Positions 24,960 to 37,712 of a stretch of 64,000 nucleotides of DNA are shown here, one piece after another. Made by a program: the position numbers and the translations under genes. The notes under the pieces were generated by a model that saw only the letters and a list, made by a program, of their open reading frames with translations, was not told the origin of the DNA and ran no database searches. Origin of the DNA: Kondoa subrosea. Its lineage: Eukaryota. Numbering within the stretch: the first letter of the stretch is position 1; every line of letters starts with the position of its first letter. The stretch covers positions 941,528 through 1,005,527 of the forward strand of contig BCIN01000008.1 in the NCBI GenBank assembly GCA_039545335.1, read 5' to 3'.

Positions 24960-26896
24960 TCAGCCCTTCTTCTCCGTAAAGATGATCTCATCCTCCTCTA
25001 GCTTCATCTGATCAGCAGCAACCCATTTCTTGAGCTTCCGTTGAACCACTTTCTTTTCCGCAATCGTCAAACCATCCCAGCTTTTCTCCTCATCTTTATC
25101 CAATAAAACCGCTCTGAAATCTTCATCGTAGAGTTCTTCTGCTCCAATGTTCTGACTCTGACAGTACAGAGCAGTTCTTTTCGCAAGCGAATCTTGCGGA
25201 ATGAACAATACGATTACGGAAAGCAATTCTTGATTCACATCAGGCGAAGAAGAAGAAGCAGTGGGAGGAAGAGAAGGTTGCGAAGGTTCTTTGTCCTTCT
25301 CAGAAGCAGGAGCAAGGATGGAAGAGGGCACTCGGATATCCAGATTGGTATAAGCGAGCTGTCCATCGGAGTGCTCGCTATGAGAGAACTCGACTTTCAG
25401 GATAGTCCTACAGAAAGATAATCAGCCTAGTTCAGCTTCGATGAAAAATAGTAGAATTACCAAATGCCTTCTTCGTCCTTAGTTGCTTCAGCTCTGGCCT
25501 TACACTTCCGCTTTGCAGCGCCTTTCCGCTGCTCACCTGAATGAATGCACCGAATCTTGCAAGAGTCACTATGCTGCCAAAAAGGATCCCACTTCCAACT
25601 ACTTCCAGCTGGTACGCTTTGCTTGAGTGCGTCGATAAAGCTTTGGCGCGAAACGAATTTGACACCTTTCTTCAGACGAATGACTTGGGTGGTACAAGGT
25701 GTTTCGGAGTCTGCTGCCACAGAATAGATTCGTGAGGAATGGCTTGTAGTTGCTGTAGATGCAGAAGTCACATCTTGATCAACTCTCCTGCGCTTGGTCG
25801 GAGCTTGAGGTGGCACTGAAGCAGCTTGGGGAGATACAGAGCGAGCTAAGAGCTGGTCCTGCGCAGCGCTGCCATCTTTCTTGCGCTTGCGCTTGACTTC
25901 TTCAATGATAGGTTCTGCTTGAGTTCCAGGTGTAGGTGTTGCATTTGCTTCAGTATGGCTCTTCTTGCAAACTTCAGTTGCATCTGCTGCTACTTTCGTC
26001 TTCTTCCGCTTGCGAGGCTGCTCAGGTCCAAATTCTTGAACTTCATCACCGGATTGCACGTCTTCAGCAGGCGTCGACACGTTTTCTTGCTGTTCGCTCC
26101 TTCTTTCGCGAGCTTTGTTAGAGGAAGATGAAGCAGCCACACTTCTTTCAGGCTCTTGGAAGTTGTTGCCGCTGTCTCTGCGAGCATTATCCGGCTGACT
26201 TGCTTCCATTTCTTCGTCAGTTTCAGGATCTAAATCAATCGCTTGTCGTTTGAAATTTGCTGTCTTACTTTTTGTCTTTTCCGTGCAGGCTTGTGTCCTC
26301 AGAAGCTCAGCCCTCGCAATGATTTCTGGCTTGATTTAGCCAAGACACGCAAATGTGAGCACAGAAACTCACTCTGTTCAAGGATATAGGACCGTCCTAA
26401 AGAGATATCCAAAGAGCCATCTTTCATTTGGATCTTCGCCAATGTACTTGGCAATCTCATTCCTCCGGTAATGGTAGGATGCATGACCGTTCAAGTTTGC
26501 ATCTGCACAGCTGGTGAGTGATTGAACCTTATCAAATAGTACTTTGAGTCGGAGTCGCAGAGTAGGGCAATTGTGATTTTTCGGGTATGTATAAGGCGCT
26601 CCGATGCGGATGGGTTGAGACAGGTAGAGTACACTACGGAGGGCCGATAACTGCGTCAAGAGCACTTGAGTATTCTTGATCCCGCCTTTGCGGTTCATTT
26701 CCAGGTCGATATGATAGGCTGCGGCCAGTTCCTTGAGCCTCTGGCGCGACATATCCTTTAGCACTTCATTCGTGCGCAGGTCATCGAATGCAGAATCATC
26801 CAACGACAAGCCATACAGAGTGGGTCCGTCTTGAGTCACTCGAAAAGTCGATTCGATGATCTTATTCCCTTCAAGAACGGTAATTGCCTCGCTCAT
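24960..26896 (-). CDS. Hypothetical protein with FAR1/WRKY-GCM1-like Zn DNA-binding domain (junction near 26380 unresolved, possibly disrupted)
   Basis: KGVKFVSRQSFIDAL...IRCIHSG...KCKARAEA...GIW-TILKVEFSHSEH; paralogous to 35755-37302. Confidence 0.55.
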
Positions 26897-27504
26897 TGCT
26901 GTACAGAGACAAGAGAACAAGCTGTTTCTGAGATGGAACAGCCTAGCAAAGGTACGGCGTTTTCATAGAATGTGGAAAGAAATGACTGAAAGAAACTTGA
27001 TAATTCGAATGAAGCAAGGTCAAAGAGCGACACTCATTAGCAGCCGCACAAGCCGAATTTCAAGTGAGAGGACAGAATTTACGATACAAGCATGCAGTAG
27101 ACAGAGCTCGCGCATGCGAGTCTCGTTGCTGTTTTGAATTTGCCGGTATGTACTAGCATTGGGATGAGCTTCCTAGGTCTTCCTGCGTAACTCCACACAT
27201 TACCATATTTCGAGATACAATTGGCAAAGGAGACTGAAAAGAGTCTGAAAAAATGTTGTCCGGAACTGAGATACGATTCAAGTTCAACATAGTGGACGAA
27301 AAATACATAGCGGGACGCCGCGATGCGATGCCAAATTTGACAGTGGCATCAAGAGTCACAAGCATAGATGCAACCCTCTGTACTACAACAAAAGCCAATT
27401 GCATTAATAGTCCGGAGGAGGGAACGTTGAGTTTCCAGCTAATCGAGAGTGTATGAGCCATGTCAGCTTCAGTTGAGTGAACCTTACAATGAACGACAAG
27501 ATTG

Positions 27505-29605
27505 TTATCTCAAACGCAACTGCACGGATGTCTGCTCAGCTTCTTGGTCATCCATGGTAACATCAATATCAACATCTTCTCCATAGATTGACTCTCTTCT
27601 TCCACCAGCGGAATGAGCAAGACCCAGGTCAGATACCCACGATTCATCCCATTCGGCAGGAGCATCAATCTCGTCTTCCTCCTCATCCCATTCATGTTTC
27701 TCCATCTCAAGCTCTTCTTCCAAAGCATGTAATGCACTGAAATTATTCGGCAAACTGAGCTCAAAGCCATACCCACTATCATCATAAACGCAAGCTGCTT
27801 CTCGTTGCAAAGTACCTGAGCCTCGATGCGTAGCTAACAAATGAATGGCTTGTTGTTCGAGATCGTTTTCAAAATCATCAGGTCGAACAATAATGTCGTC
27901 GTCTTCTACGTCCTGCAAGGGCTCATCTTCTTCTTCTTCTTCTTCTTCATCCTCGTCTTCCTCATCCTCATATCCAGTACGAAAAATGTACGGCTCGTAG
28001 AGATGCAAAGGCAAAAGTGGTTGAAAAGAGGCAGTATGCTCATCTTCTTCAGCTTCAGAAAGCTCAATTCGATTAATGGCTGATCGATCCTGCAAAGGTG
28101 ACGAGAATCTCCTAGTTGATCGAGTCACAGGCGCATAAGAAGGTGGGGCGGGAACATTTTGACCACGCAAGCGCAAAACTGATCGTCGACCAACGACTCG
28201 ATTGTAAGGCGAAACGGTAGAGTTTCGATTCAGGTTGGCCATGGCTTTCGCTTTGGTTGATTTGGGTTTCACCCTCTTTTTCGGTGCATTCAAGTTGATT
28301 TGACGCAAGTTGATCAATTCAGCTCGCAAAGCTTGCTCTTCTTTTTCGTCCAAATCCTCAGCTTGCAACTTCATGTGTTCGATCTTTTCCATCAGGCGAT
28401 GAACTCGATGATTGAGCGCGAGCAAAGTGCTTTTAACCGACGGATCTAATAAGCCGAGCAGATTTTGATGAAGAGACTGAGGTGGAATGAAGGTTAAAGA
28501 ATAAGTCTCATCTTCTTCGCCAGAGTCGTCGGAGGTCGAAGTAGTGGAAGACTGAGTACGTGTATAAGCAATAATCTCATGATTCTCTTGAGAAGATGAT
28601 GCAAGCTGATCCTTTGTGCTCGATGAATGAGTCGAGCGCTGAGAAGCTGGACTAGCCGGTGGAGTAGAAATTAAGCAGGACTCAATAATCGTCTGACCCA
28701 GCTCGAGATGACCGCAGACGTCTGTAAGCAAGCCGAAAGATTCCTCTTCGATAGATCGATCCGATTCAACTGGGTTCTGGATGTCGCGCTGCAAAGTACG
28801 AGCCAACCAAACTTTTGTTTCTGGTGCGACAAAGTATTCCTGTTGAAAAGTAAGTCTGTTGAATGTCAAACAAAGTAATATCGACAGACTTTTGGGGCCA
28901 GAATAGTTGCCATTTCGCCAGAAAGCTTTCGAGCTACTCACAAAAGAGTCATCAGCTGGATACATCTAAAGACAGCGACATACCAGCTGATTTCTAGCAG
29001 ACCAAGTCTCGAATATGCCAGCAAAACAGCAAAGGAACACTCACAAGCTTTTCGATCTTACTGTAGGCGAACCACTGCGCATAAGTACGAGGAAGCAAGT
29101 CTTTGAGCATAGGATTGACAAAGCGGGTGAACAGGTTGAGCAATTCGGATTTCGTTGAACGAGTCAGCCAGTTTAGGCCTTCTTCAACGTGTTCTTGTCG
29201 AAAGCTGCCATTCATGATCAATTCTTCGACATTAAAGCGTACAGATGTAGAAGCTCTAGATTCCTCAGCTACAGGTGAGGGTGTCCTGCGATCTTCGTCG
29301 TCGCTATCGGGAGCCAATGGCCATTCACCTGCGGCCATAGATGCCGCGACTGATACATGTGTTAGCCATGCGAGATCTCTGAGAAGCAATCTGAACACAC
29401 TAGTCTCTGATGTCAAGGAGCAAAAGAACTCGTAGGCTTGCATCATATAGCGCAGCCAAAGCATCAAACAATCTTGAAGCGAATCTGCTTCTTCTGCTTC
29501 CCATTGATCATCGTACGTATCAAGGTAGAGCTGACTGCCATCGTTGAACATGACTGTTACGAGACCTTGTCCAACATCGAAAGTAATGTCATCAATGATT
29601 GTCAT
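27505..29605 (-). CDS. Hypothetical protein with acidic low-complexity C-terminus
   Basis: 203-aa and 486-aa ORFs linked by GT-AG introns; coiled-coil segment and poly-D/E tracts. Confidence 0.65.
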
Positions 29606-30185
29606 TCGCCTGCTTTAATAGTCAACACTTTGGACTGCAGATGTGACAGAAGACTCACCAGATAGAGCGACTGGAAATATACCGTATCAGAAGCTGTTCT
29701 TGCAAGTGAGAAGCAGACCAACTCTGCATGTAAAGTCGTATCTACATGGATTCATGAGAAAGGGAGACAAGAAAGAGCAGGGAGCGTACACCAATCAGCT
29801 TCGAGCTCTTCTTGACAAAAGGTCTGTATGCGTGTGAAAGGTTCAGGTGCATGTACTTTGCCTTGCCGTGGATCTTTGTTGGAATCGCTGAACGCATCGC
29901 AAATCGGTAAAGTCAAGACGAATTCTAGCAGCGACTTGGGTAGCGACTCGAAGCTGCACTAGTAGTAGAGCTCAGCAGGAGGGATAAGCGTCAAAGTCAA
30001 AGTTTGAGGTTCCGACATTATCGTCTACGGAAAACAACAAGTTTCGAAAAGTCATTGCGAGAGTCAAGCGGACGACAAGAATCGTAGAAGAAGTAAACGA
30101 TATTATTGTCCTAATGCAAACCTATAAAAGAAGCTCTATGCGATCGAAGCGGTACTGCAAAGAAGTGTCCACTTCCTGAAACTGC

Positions 30186-31347
30186 CTAAGCCAAAACGAC
30201 AGCAGCTACACCAGCCAAAGCGAGAGACCCGACAGAGGCGTAAAGAGCTTGGGCACCAGATGCAGGAGTTGAGGTAACACTATATGTAGTTTCAATTAGC
30301 GAAGTGTCAATTGCTGAACAATGAAGTCATTACGCGGCTGCGGCTGAAGAAATCTTGGAAGAAGCAGATGATGCACTGCAGAAGATCGGATGAGATGTTG
30401 TACAATGCATCGTGCCGTTAGAACTTACACGCTCGCGATCGAGGAGGCTACACCCATTGACGAGCTGCGAGACATGCTCATAGATTCGGCCATGCTAGAA
30501 GAAGCAGAGCTGGCTGATGCGGCTGCAGATGAAGAGGCAGCACCTGGGGCGCTTGTTCTGCGCATCAAGATCAGTAAGTGACGAAAAATGCGGCCCAAAA
30601 TATCTTACACAGCGGGTGCACTAGTAGCTGCCGCAGAGGATGCAGGAGCAGCGCCCCCAGCAGCACCGGAAGCGTTCACATCGCCATTGATGCATCCAGT
30701 ACTAGAGCCAGCAAGCTACAGCTCTGAGTCAGCTTTGAGAGCCAAACCAGACAAACGACCACTTGCGATGGTAACCTTTTTAAAGAAAACTTGTATTAGT
30801 TTATCTCCTGCACCGTTACATTACGGCTACATACCTGATCGCTGTAGTTGACTGATCCGCTATAATATTACATGAGCAATGCAGAAACATGTCTTTCAAT
30901 CAAACATACGTAGAGTCTCTAACGGAAAGAGTGATTGAAGTTCCGGCAGCCAAATCAACAGTCCAGGTCAAAGAAGTACCGCTTTGCTCAGGGAACTGTA
31001 ATTTTGCGTAAGCACAGTCACGTTACCAAAGAATTGATACATACTTGCTTGAGAGGAGTTCCACCAGATTGACCACCAGGGAGGATGGACAAGAAGTAAG
31101 GAGGAGCTCCACCAGACCAAGAGAGAAGACCACTTTGGGAAGAGGCAAAAGAAAAGGTCAGTGCGTGCACAGCATCTCAGTCATAAATTCGGAGCCTTAC
31201 GGCTGGCAAGTCAACAAGGAGGCAGGAGTCTATGTAGAACGTCAGCCTGTGCTACTTTATAAGCCTCGGAACACTCACGTTGATCAAAGCTTGGGCCATG
31301 GCATTTCCAGCGCAAGCCAAAGCAACGAGAACGAAAGAGGAACGCAT
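30186..31347 (-). CDS. Secreted, probably GPI-anchored Ser/Ala-rich cell-surface protein (basidiomycete-type)
   Basis: Signal peptide MRSSFVLVALACAGNAMAQ; INTPASLLTCQP...GGAPPYFLSILPGGQ...FPEQSGTSLTWTVDLAAGTSITL; Ser/Ala-rich stalk; hydrophobic C-terminal tail. Confidence 0.8.
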
Positions 31348-31856
31348 TTTGTTTGAGTTTTGTTTTATGTAGTGAGTGTAGTGTATAGAGTTAGTCGTTG
31401 ACAGAGTACAGAAAGGATGAAAATTCGTGGTCAAGAACAACAGATGAAATCGAAGGCATGCGCCAGCTTGGTGGCAATAGGGGTCTGTGCTGAAAAAGAA
31501 CTTGGCAAGAGTGATACCGTGCACAAGATAGCACCAGTGGGAGATTGTAGGCACAGAGAACATACTGAAAGAGGCAAACGAAAGGAGAAACGAGATGCTT
31601 CGCAATGATTCTGGGAAACGGAAATAGCACATGGCTTGAGGCAGCATAGCGTTCAGCACGAACTATATATAGCAATGAGAGTCGATGTAGATAGAAGTCA
31701 TCAATCTATGAAGGGAAAGAGGATAAAGAGAGATAGAAGTGTTTCACCCAGACCTGAACATTTCCAACAATGAGTTTATAGAAAGACTGATACTGCAACA
31801 AAAAGCTACGTACAGCTCTCTTGAGATCTCTGCATAGATCATATCGAAAGGAGACT

Positions 31857-32320
31857 CCTGAAATGCTAAGTCGACGCATATTAATGAGAAGTTGCTGGCC
31901 AAAGAAGTTTCTCCTTTGATGCCGGCCAAATCTCCAGCGAATGGTATGCAAGGTTGATCAATTTTACCCCGTGCCACAATACAACGTAGACTCTCTGGCT
32001 GGAAAATCATGGCAGCCAACAACAGCGCAATTGGAGCGAGCTGTAATCCAAAAGTGATACGCGATTGACTAGTGATGGAAATACCCTATGTATAGCGTTA
32101 TAAAGACGTTCTTCATATCGCAGCGTCCGAAATATTGCGAACCAAATTGCCCAAACCTATCGCCGGGAAACTTAGCGCGCGAAAATGGTACGAAAATGCA
32201 CGACTCACCCAGTAACAGGCCGCAATTGCCTCTGGTTTTGAAAGATACCTACCAATCAATCTTTCTCTGAGAGGCAGGTAAAGCGCATTCCGAGATGTAT
32301 AAAGGTATGATGAAAGACAA
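31857..32320 (-). pseudogene. Decayed partial duplicate of the quinate permease gene
   Basis: Nucleotide similarity to ~11303-11910, including intron sequence, with an internal deletion and frameshifts. Confidence 0.85.
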
Positions 32321-33008
32321 TCGAATCTGGAAGGCTTTCCATGCCAAAATGTATTGCAATGACAAAAATTTGTGTTGTAGGCTATTGACGGCAGAGAGAC
32401 TATCTGAAAGTCAGCTGTAGTCCGTCGTGAGGCGGAGTAAAGGTGGATACATCGTAGAAACAGTCGTAAGGTAACTGAAAACGGTTGAAAATCAGAGGTA
32501 TCGCCTAGGTACAAGAGAGTAACACTATTCGAAAGAATAAGTAGCCGATCTGGTGGGGTGGATAGATGCACGCCTTGACTCTTTGTTGCAGAGACGACTT
32601 CAGCTGACGAAAGGACAAAGCTACAGAAAGAGTGAAGAAAAAGAAGAAGAGGTGCTGTGTCAACACAGACAGGAGCGCCCTACAGTGCAGCGACTGAAGC
32701 TGCCAATTTCCCTCCAATTCTGTACCAGCTGCAATATGCTCGGATATAGTCCTTCTCTCTTTCTTGAACGGCAATTCTTGCATGAAAGCGGTGCTCGACA
32801 TCTTCTGTAGTCCGGAGGAGTAACTCGCCCTCTTCAGTGGCGTAGTACCATGCTTTGCGGTGTTTTACGCAGCTCGAAATAGCCTTCTGTCCATTTACTG
32901 TTCTCAGCTGTCTTCTGACTGTGCTGGTTGACTGTACTGCGCAGGGCCCCACTTGCTGGTTCTTTCTGTCTGTTCTTCGTCTCTTGTTCTATCGTTTCCA
33001 AGATCACA

Positions 33009-35310
33009 ATGTCGTCGAAATCGAACAAGACTGCTTTGCCGGATTTGTTCTCTGCTTCGCTTGAAGATGTCAAAGCCGGATTAGATGCATCTGCTTTCTC
33101 TTCCGTTGATCTCGTTACGGCGTATCTTGCGCGAATTCAAGAGGTGAACCCGAAGCTGCGAGCTGTATTAGACATCAACGCTGTTTGTCTGTTTTCTGCC
33201 AGGACCAACGATTACTAAGCATCTCTCCGTCTAGTATGCAGCATTGGATGCTGTTCGTCTTGATGCCGAACGCAAGAACGGCAAAGTACGCGGTCCGCTT
33301 CACGGAATACCTCTCGTATGTTTTTAGTCAGGTCGTCTGCGGCAGTACTGACTACATTGATAGCTTCTGAAAGACTCCATCGCGAATGAGCGTCCGGAGT
33401 AAGGCCATATACCTTCTCTCTTCAATCGTCTGAGACGCGTTTTCTAGTCAAACCTATATGAACACAACCGCCGTAAGTAACGCGTAATCTTTCGCCGGCT
33501 CCCTTGCTGAACCATCTCCTTCTGTAGGGAAGCTTTGCGCTTCAGGGATCTGTCCCTTCCGAAGACAGTACGCTGGTGAAGAAGCTCAAGTAAGTGTACA
33601 TCTCAGACTGAAGTTTTGACTGATGCGATGTTCCAGAGAAGCTGGTGCGATCATCTTGGGTAAAAGTAAACCCCTTCACACAATGTTATCCTGGCACATA
33701 TCTGATCCGAAGAATTAGCTGCCTGCACAGAATTTGGCAACTACCGTTCAGACCCAAGTGACTCGTGCGTTCTTTACTCGGGTAATAATGATTGCTGAGT
33801 ACTTTATAGTGGCTGGAGCGGAAGAGGAGGTCAAGTCTATGCTGCGTACTTCGAAAAGCAAGGACCCAGTGGAAGCAGCTCTGGCTCCGGCGTCGCACCT
33901 TCCGTCGGATTATGTCTAGCAGCTATCGGAGGCGAGACTTGTGGATCTATTATCTCTCCTGCTTACATTTCCAATATCGTAAGCCTTGATAACTTGTCCT
34001 GTAGCAACAGCGCTGAAAATTCGGAGCAGGTCGGTATTAAGCCTACACCTGGTCTGGTCTCTCGACATCTTGTTATCCCTATATCATCAACCATGGATAC
34101 TCTTGGACCTATGGCTCCTGATGTTAAGACTTGTGCAGCAGTACTACAAGCAATCGTCGGCAAAGATAGTAAAGATGCTCTAACTCAAGCAATACCTTTC
34201 GAAGTAGCGCCAGACTACGTTGCTGCATGCAAAAAGGATGCCTTGAAAGGTGTACGATTGGGTGTTCCGTCAAGCTACCTTGAGGTTAAAGTCAAAGATG
34301 AAAAAGCGGCTCTGAATGAAGAAGAACTGACCATCTTCCGCTCGATGTATCCTATACTACGTGATCTAGGTGCTGTCATTGAAGAAAATGCCGATTTCCC
34401 CGAGCAAGAGGCATATCTCAAGGATACGAGTGGCGTACGCATGTTTTGTCTTGTGTCTCATACAGGACTGATTCATATCTCATCCCAGAGCAAAATCATG
34501 ATTGGCGAATTTTCAGAAGCATTCGCCGAATATACAAGCAATTTGTCGGATATTCCTACAGGTGTCAAGACGCTTCACGATTTAATGAAGTTCACTATGG
34601 CTTGTCCTGGAGAAGAAACTCCCAAACGTAATATGGTCAGCTGCTCTACTTGAAATGCTTGTCGAAAGAAAGTTTAACGAGCTCACAGATCGAATGGGAG
34701 CGCGCGGCTGTAGGCAGCACTAAATCACCAGAATACATCAAGCTTCTTGAGACTAATGCCCGTTTGGGAGGAGAAGGAAGCGTCCTAGGCGCTATGAAAG
34801 AGGTAAGACTCCGTATTGTTGATTCCCTCTTCCTCTACTGAAGTCATATTTAGCACAATCTGGATGCGATGATCGTCCCTTCTTCTCTCTATCGAGTAGC
34901 TGCTATATCTGGTATACCTATGATCACGGTACCTTCAGGGTATGTACCAGCCATCTGACGTCGATCTCTGCTGAAATCATTGTGCAGACACTCTTCACCT
35001 AACCAAGAACTCAAAGCAAAGGATTGTGGACTAATCAACAAAGAAGGTCCAAACAAGCCATACGGGTGAGCTTACGTCTTACCTTCTCTTGCCTCTAGTT
35101 TCCTCAAGGTCTTGCTTACAGAATCAGCTTCATCGGACCTAAATTCAGCGAAGAAAAGCTCATTGGACTAGCCTATGCATTCGAGCAGGCAACACACGTG
35201 AGTGAATTGGTACTTTCAGGTCCCTAGCTGAGCCTTAAATATAGATTCGAAACAATGTTGAACCTCTTGTCAAGCCGACAACCCAGCTGAAAGATGTCAT
35301 GAACTGGTAA
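33009..35310 (+). CDS. Amidase signature family enzyme (multi-exon)
   Basis: RGPLHGIP.LLKDSI, GAIILGK, GWSGRGG, PSGSSSGSGV, GGETCGSIISPA, VGIKPTPGLVSR, YAFEQAT. Confidence 0.92.
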
Positions 35311-35754
35311 GCGTATGTGAAGATCCACTTTTGTTTGATTGACCGCGGTCTACAGAGCCTTCCTTTCGTTGCGCCTTGGCTATTGGTATTGGGGCGCATT
35401 GCGGGATAACGATAACAAAGCGCCGTAGAGACAATGATATGCATTAAAGTGCTACAAACTTCATATAGCGCAAATCAATCGGCGCAGTATCTACGGCCCA
35501 TTTTGGTCAGAGGAGCTATGTATAAGTTGCAAGAGCTATAAGCTATGCAAAGTAGATTCATTTGGAAATATGCGATTCAGCATCCGTATCCTCCTTGTTT
35601 CGTTTCATGCTGTTGTAGATGATGAAGGTATAGGATGGCGCCCAGCAATGATTAGATATAGATGAGATCTACGATCTGAGCTTAGCTTGCCCTCCTGTAT
35701 CTGGGAAGACAGGACTGACGAGCATAAAAGTATTCGATCTTCATACGATTCGAC

Positions 35755-37302
35755 TCATGAATCCTCTAGCTTGACCTTCTTTCGCGCTTGTCCTTCAAGT
35801 GACAATTCCCCAAGCCTTTTCTTGACCTTGAATAGCTCCGAGGCAGATAGTTCATCCAGTATAGCCAGTAATGCTGCACCATCGGGCAGTGAAGAATTTG
35901 TAGCAGAAGGAATTGGTACATAAGGGTCAGTGAGCAGAATGTCAATGATTGTGGTGGGTGAAGGCTCGTTGGCATGAGGTCGGTGAGTCGCCTCCAGCAT
36001 GACCATAGTCCTGTTCGACACAACGATTAGTTTTTATGGGTCACTTCACGACAGGAAAAACTTACCAAATGCCTCTATCATCACACGTAGCCTTCGCACC
36101 AGCTTTGCATTTAGTTCTCATGCGACCAGAGTGATTACACCAGACATGAATAAGAAGAGAAGAAGTTTTATCGACATCCCATCCCCACTGTGCACCGTCG
36201 GGAATGCAGAGGGACAGAGCAGAAATGAGAGCATCCTTTGATCGAAATTTACTTCCGGTTTCAAGTCGAGTAAGAGATGATTGGTTGTTAGAAGAGGTAT
36301 GGTTAGGTCGTTCAACAGACGAGATGTGTGGTTAGGGCAATTGAGGTACTACAGGTCTTGCACGAACAACTGATGCAGTGTTCGAAGGTTGTTGCGCATT
36401 CTTTGTCTGATTTCGAATGATCGGAGGAGCAGAAGGAGTTGCTGCGGTCGTTCTCTCGTCCTGTATATCCTCAGAGCTGGAGGACTCTTCTGATTCAGAT
36501 TCTTCAGATTCCGACTCATCAGACGTTTCAAAGCTTTCTGTCAATTGCCTCTCTTCTGGTAGTATACCAGAGCTGGAGGACTGTTCTGACTCAGATACTT
36601 CTGCTTGATCTTGCTGTTCATTTGAAAAAGGTATTGGAGTAGCTGCTCTTGCTTCAGTCTGCTCAGGTCGATCCAGCTTGTTGCGAATCTCTGCGCATAT
36701 AATTCTTTAGCGCAAGTCGGTACTTGAATTTGGAAGGATGTACGTTCACAGAGTAAGTCACATCTTTCCGCATCCAATCTATGCTTGATCAACGGGTCCT
36801 TCCCAAGCTTTTTCGTAAGTTCGTTCCTTAGAAAATGCCAAGAGGCATCTTCAACCTTCCAAGGTCTGGACTTCCATTCCATCTGTAGAGTTTCGAACCC
36901 GCCGGGGAGTTCAGTTGCTAGTTTCTTGAGTTGGAAGCGTGTACTGGGTCCATATTCTCCAGATGGCCCGCCGCCAACAAGAACAGGTGGATGCAGACAA
37001 ACCATCCGTTTGAATCTGGATAATGTAGCTGTGAGCGCTGATCGGTTGACAACCTTGCCCTTGACATCTTTCTAGATTCTCAAACCGCATAAGATGGCCA
37101 ATTCACTGATCTTCTGATCCGGCAAATTATCAAAGATGTTTACATAACGAAGAGGATCCCATCGGGATATGCTGATGGATAGACCATTTATAGTGTGGTT
37201 GTAAACATTTCTGTGTCGCAGAGGATGCTGCAGCGACCCGGCAGTGGCAGTATTTGAAGGTGAATGCTTGATTCGTTGGCCTCTGCCCTTCTTCTTCGCC
37301 AT
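35755..37302 (-). pseudogene. FAR1/WRKY-like domain gene with two in-frame stops (paralog of 24960-26896)
   Basis: Reading frame continues through TAG at 37072-37074 and TAA at 36332-36334. Domain GSKFRSKDALISAL...WCNHSG...KCKAGAKA...GIW-TMVMLEATHRPH. Confidence 0.65.
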
Positions 37303-37712
37303 TCTTCAAACGATAGTCAGGATGCAAAGGTTGAGAGATGCAGACTTTAATAAACGAGAATGAAGCCCCGGGACTCAGGGTTTCCAGCCTTGGTATCTCG
37401 ATTCAGGTATAGCAGCAGCCCGGATATCTGATGAGGGTCTATTCTAAGCCAAGTCTGGCACTTTTTTCGAGCTTAATCGGTCGCTCTTGTCCAACCTTAT
37501 GCTCGACACGAAACAGCGAGCAATGCCTCGAAATACCTTCTCATTACTATATCCAGCACTGCTTTGATCTGACTAGCTCAATTTGAGTTCCATCTGGAAA
37601 GAATTCGTTCATTCTGTCGAGCAATCCCATGATCTGCTTTGTTGTCTGCTTTGTGTCTGATTCTGCATCACCTCTTTTCTTCGCTTGAAACCCGCAAGAT
37701 TCAGTTGCGCTG

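Noticed and set aside
27915..27972. (TTC/TCN)n tract
   Set aside because: Simply encodes a poly-Glu/Asp run of the minus-strand protein.
32400..32990. ORFs upstream of the amidase
   Set aside because: Short, motif-less and partly antisense to the amidase 5' region.
36470..36602. Imperfect direct repeat CAGAGCTGGAGGACT...
   Set aside because: Encodes repeated Ser/Glu low-complexity peptide inside a gene; not an element boundary.
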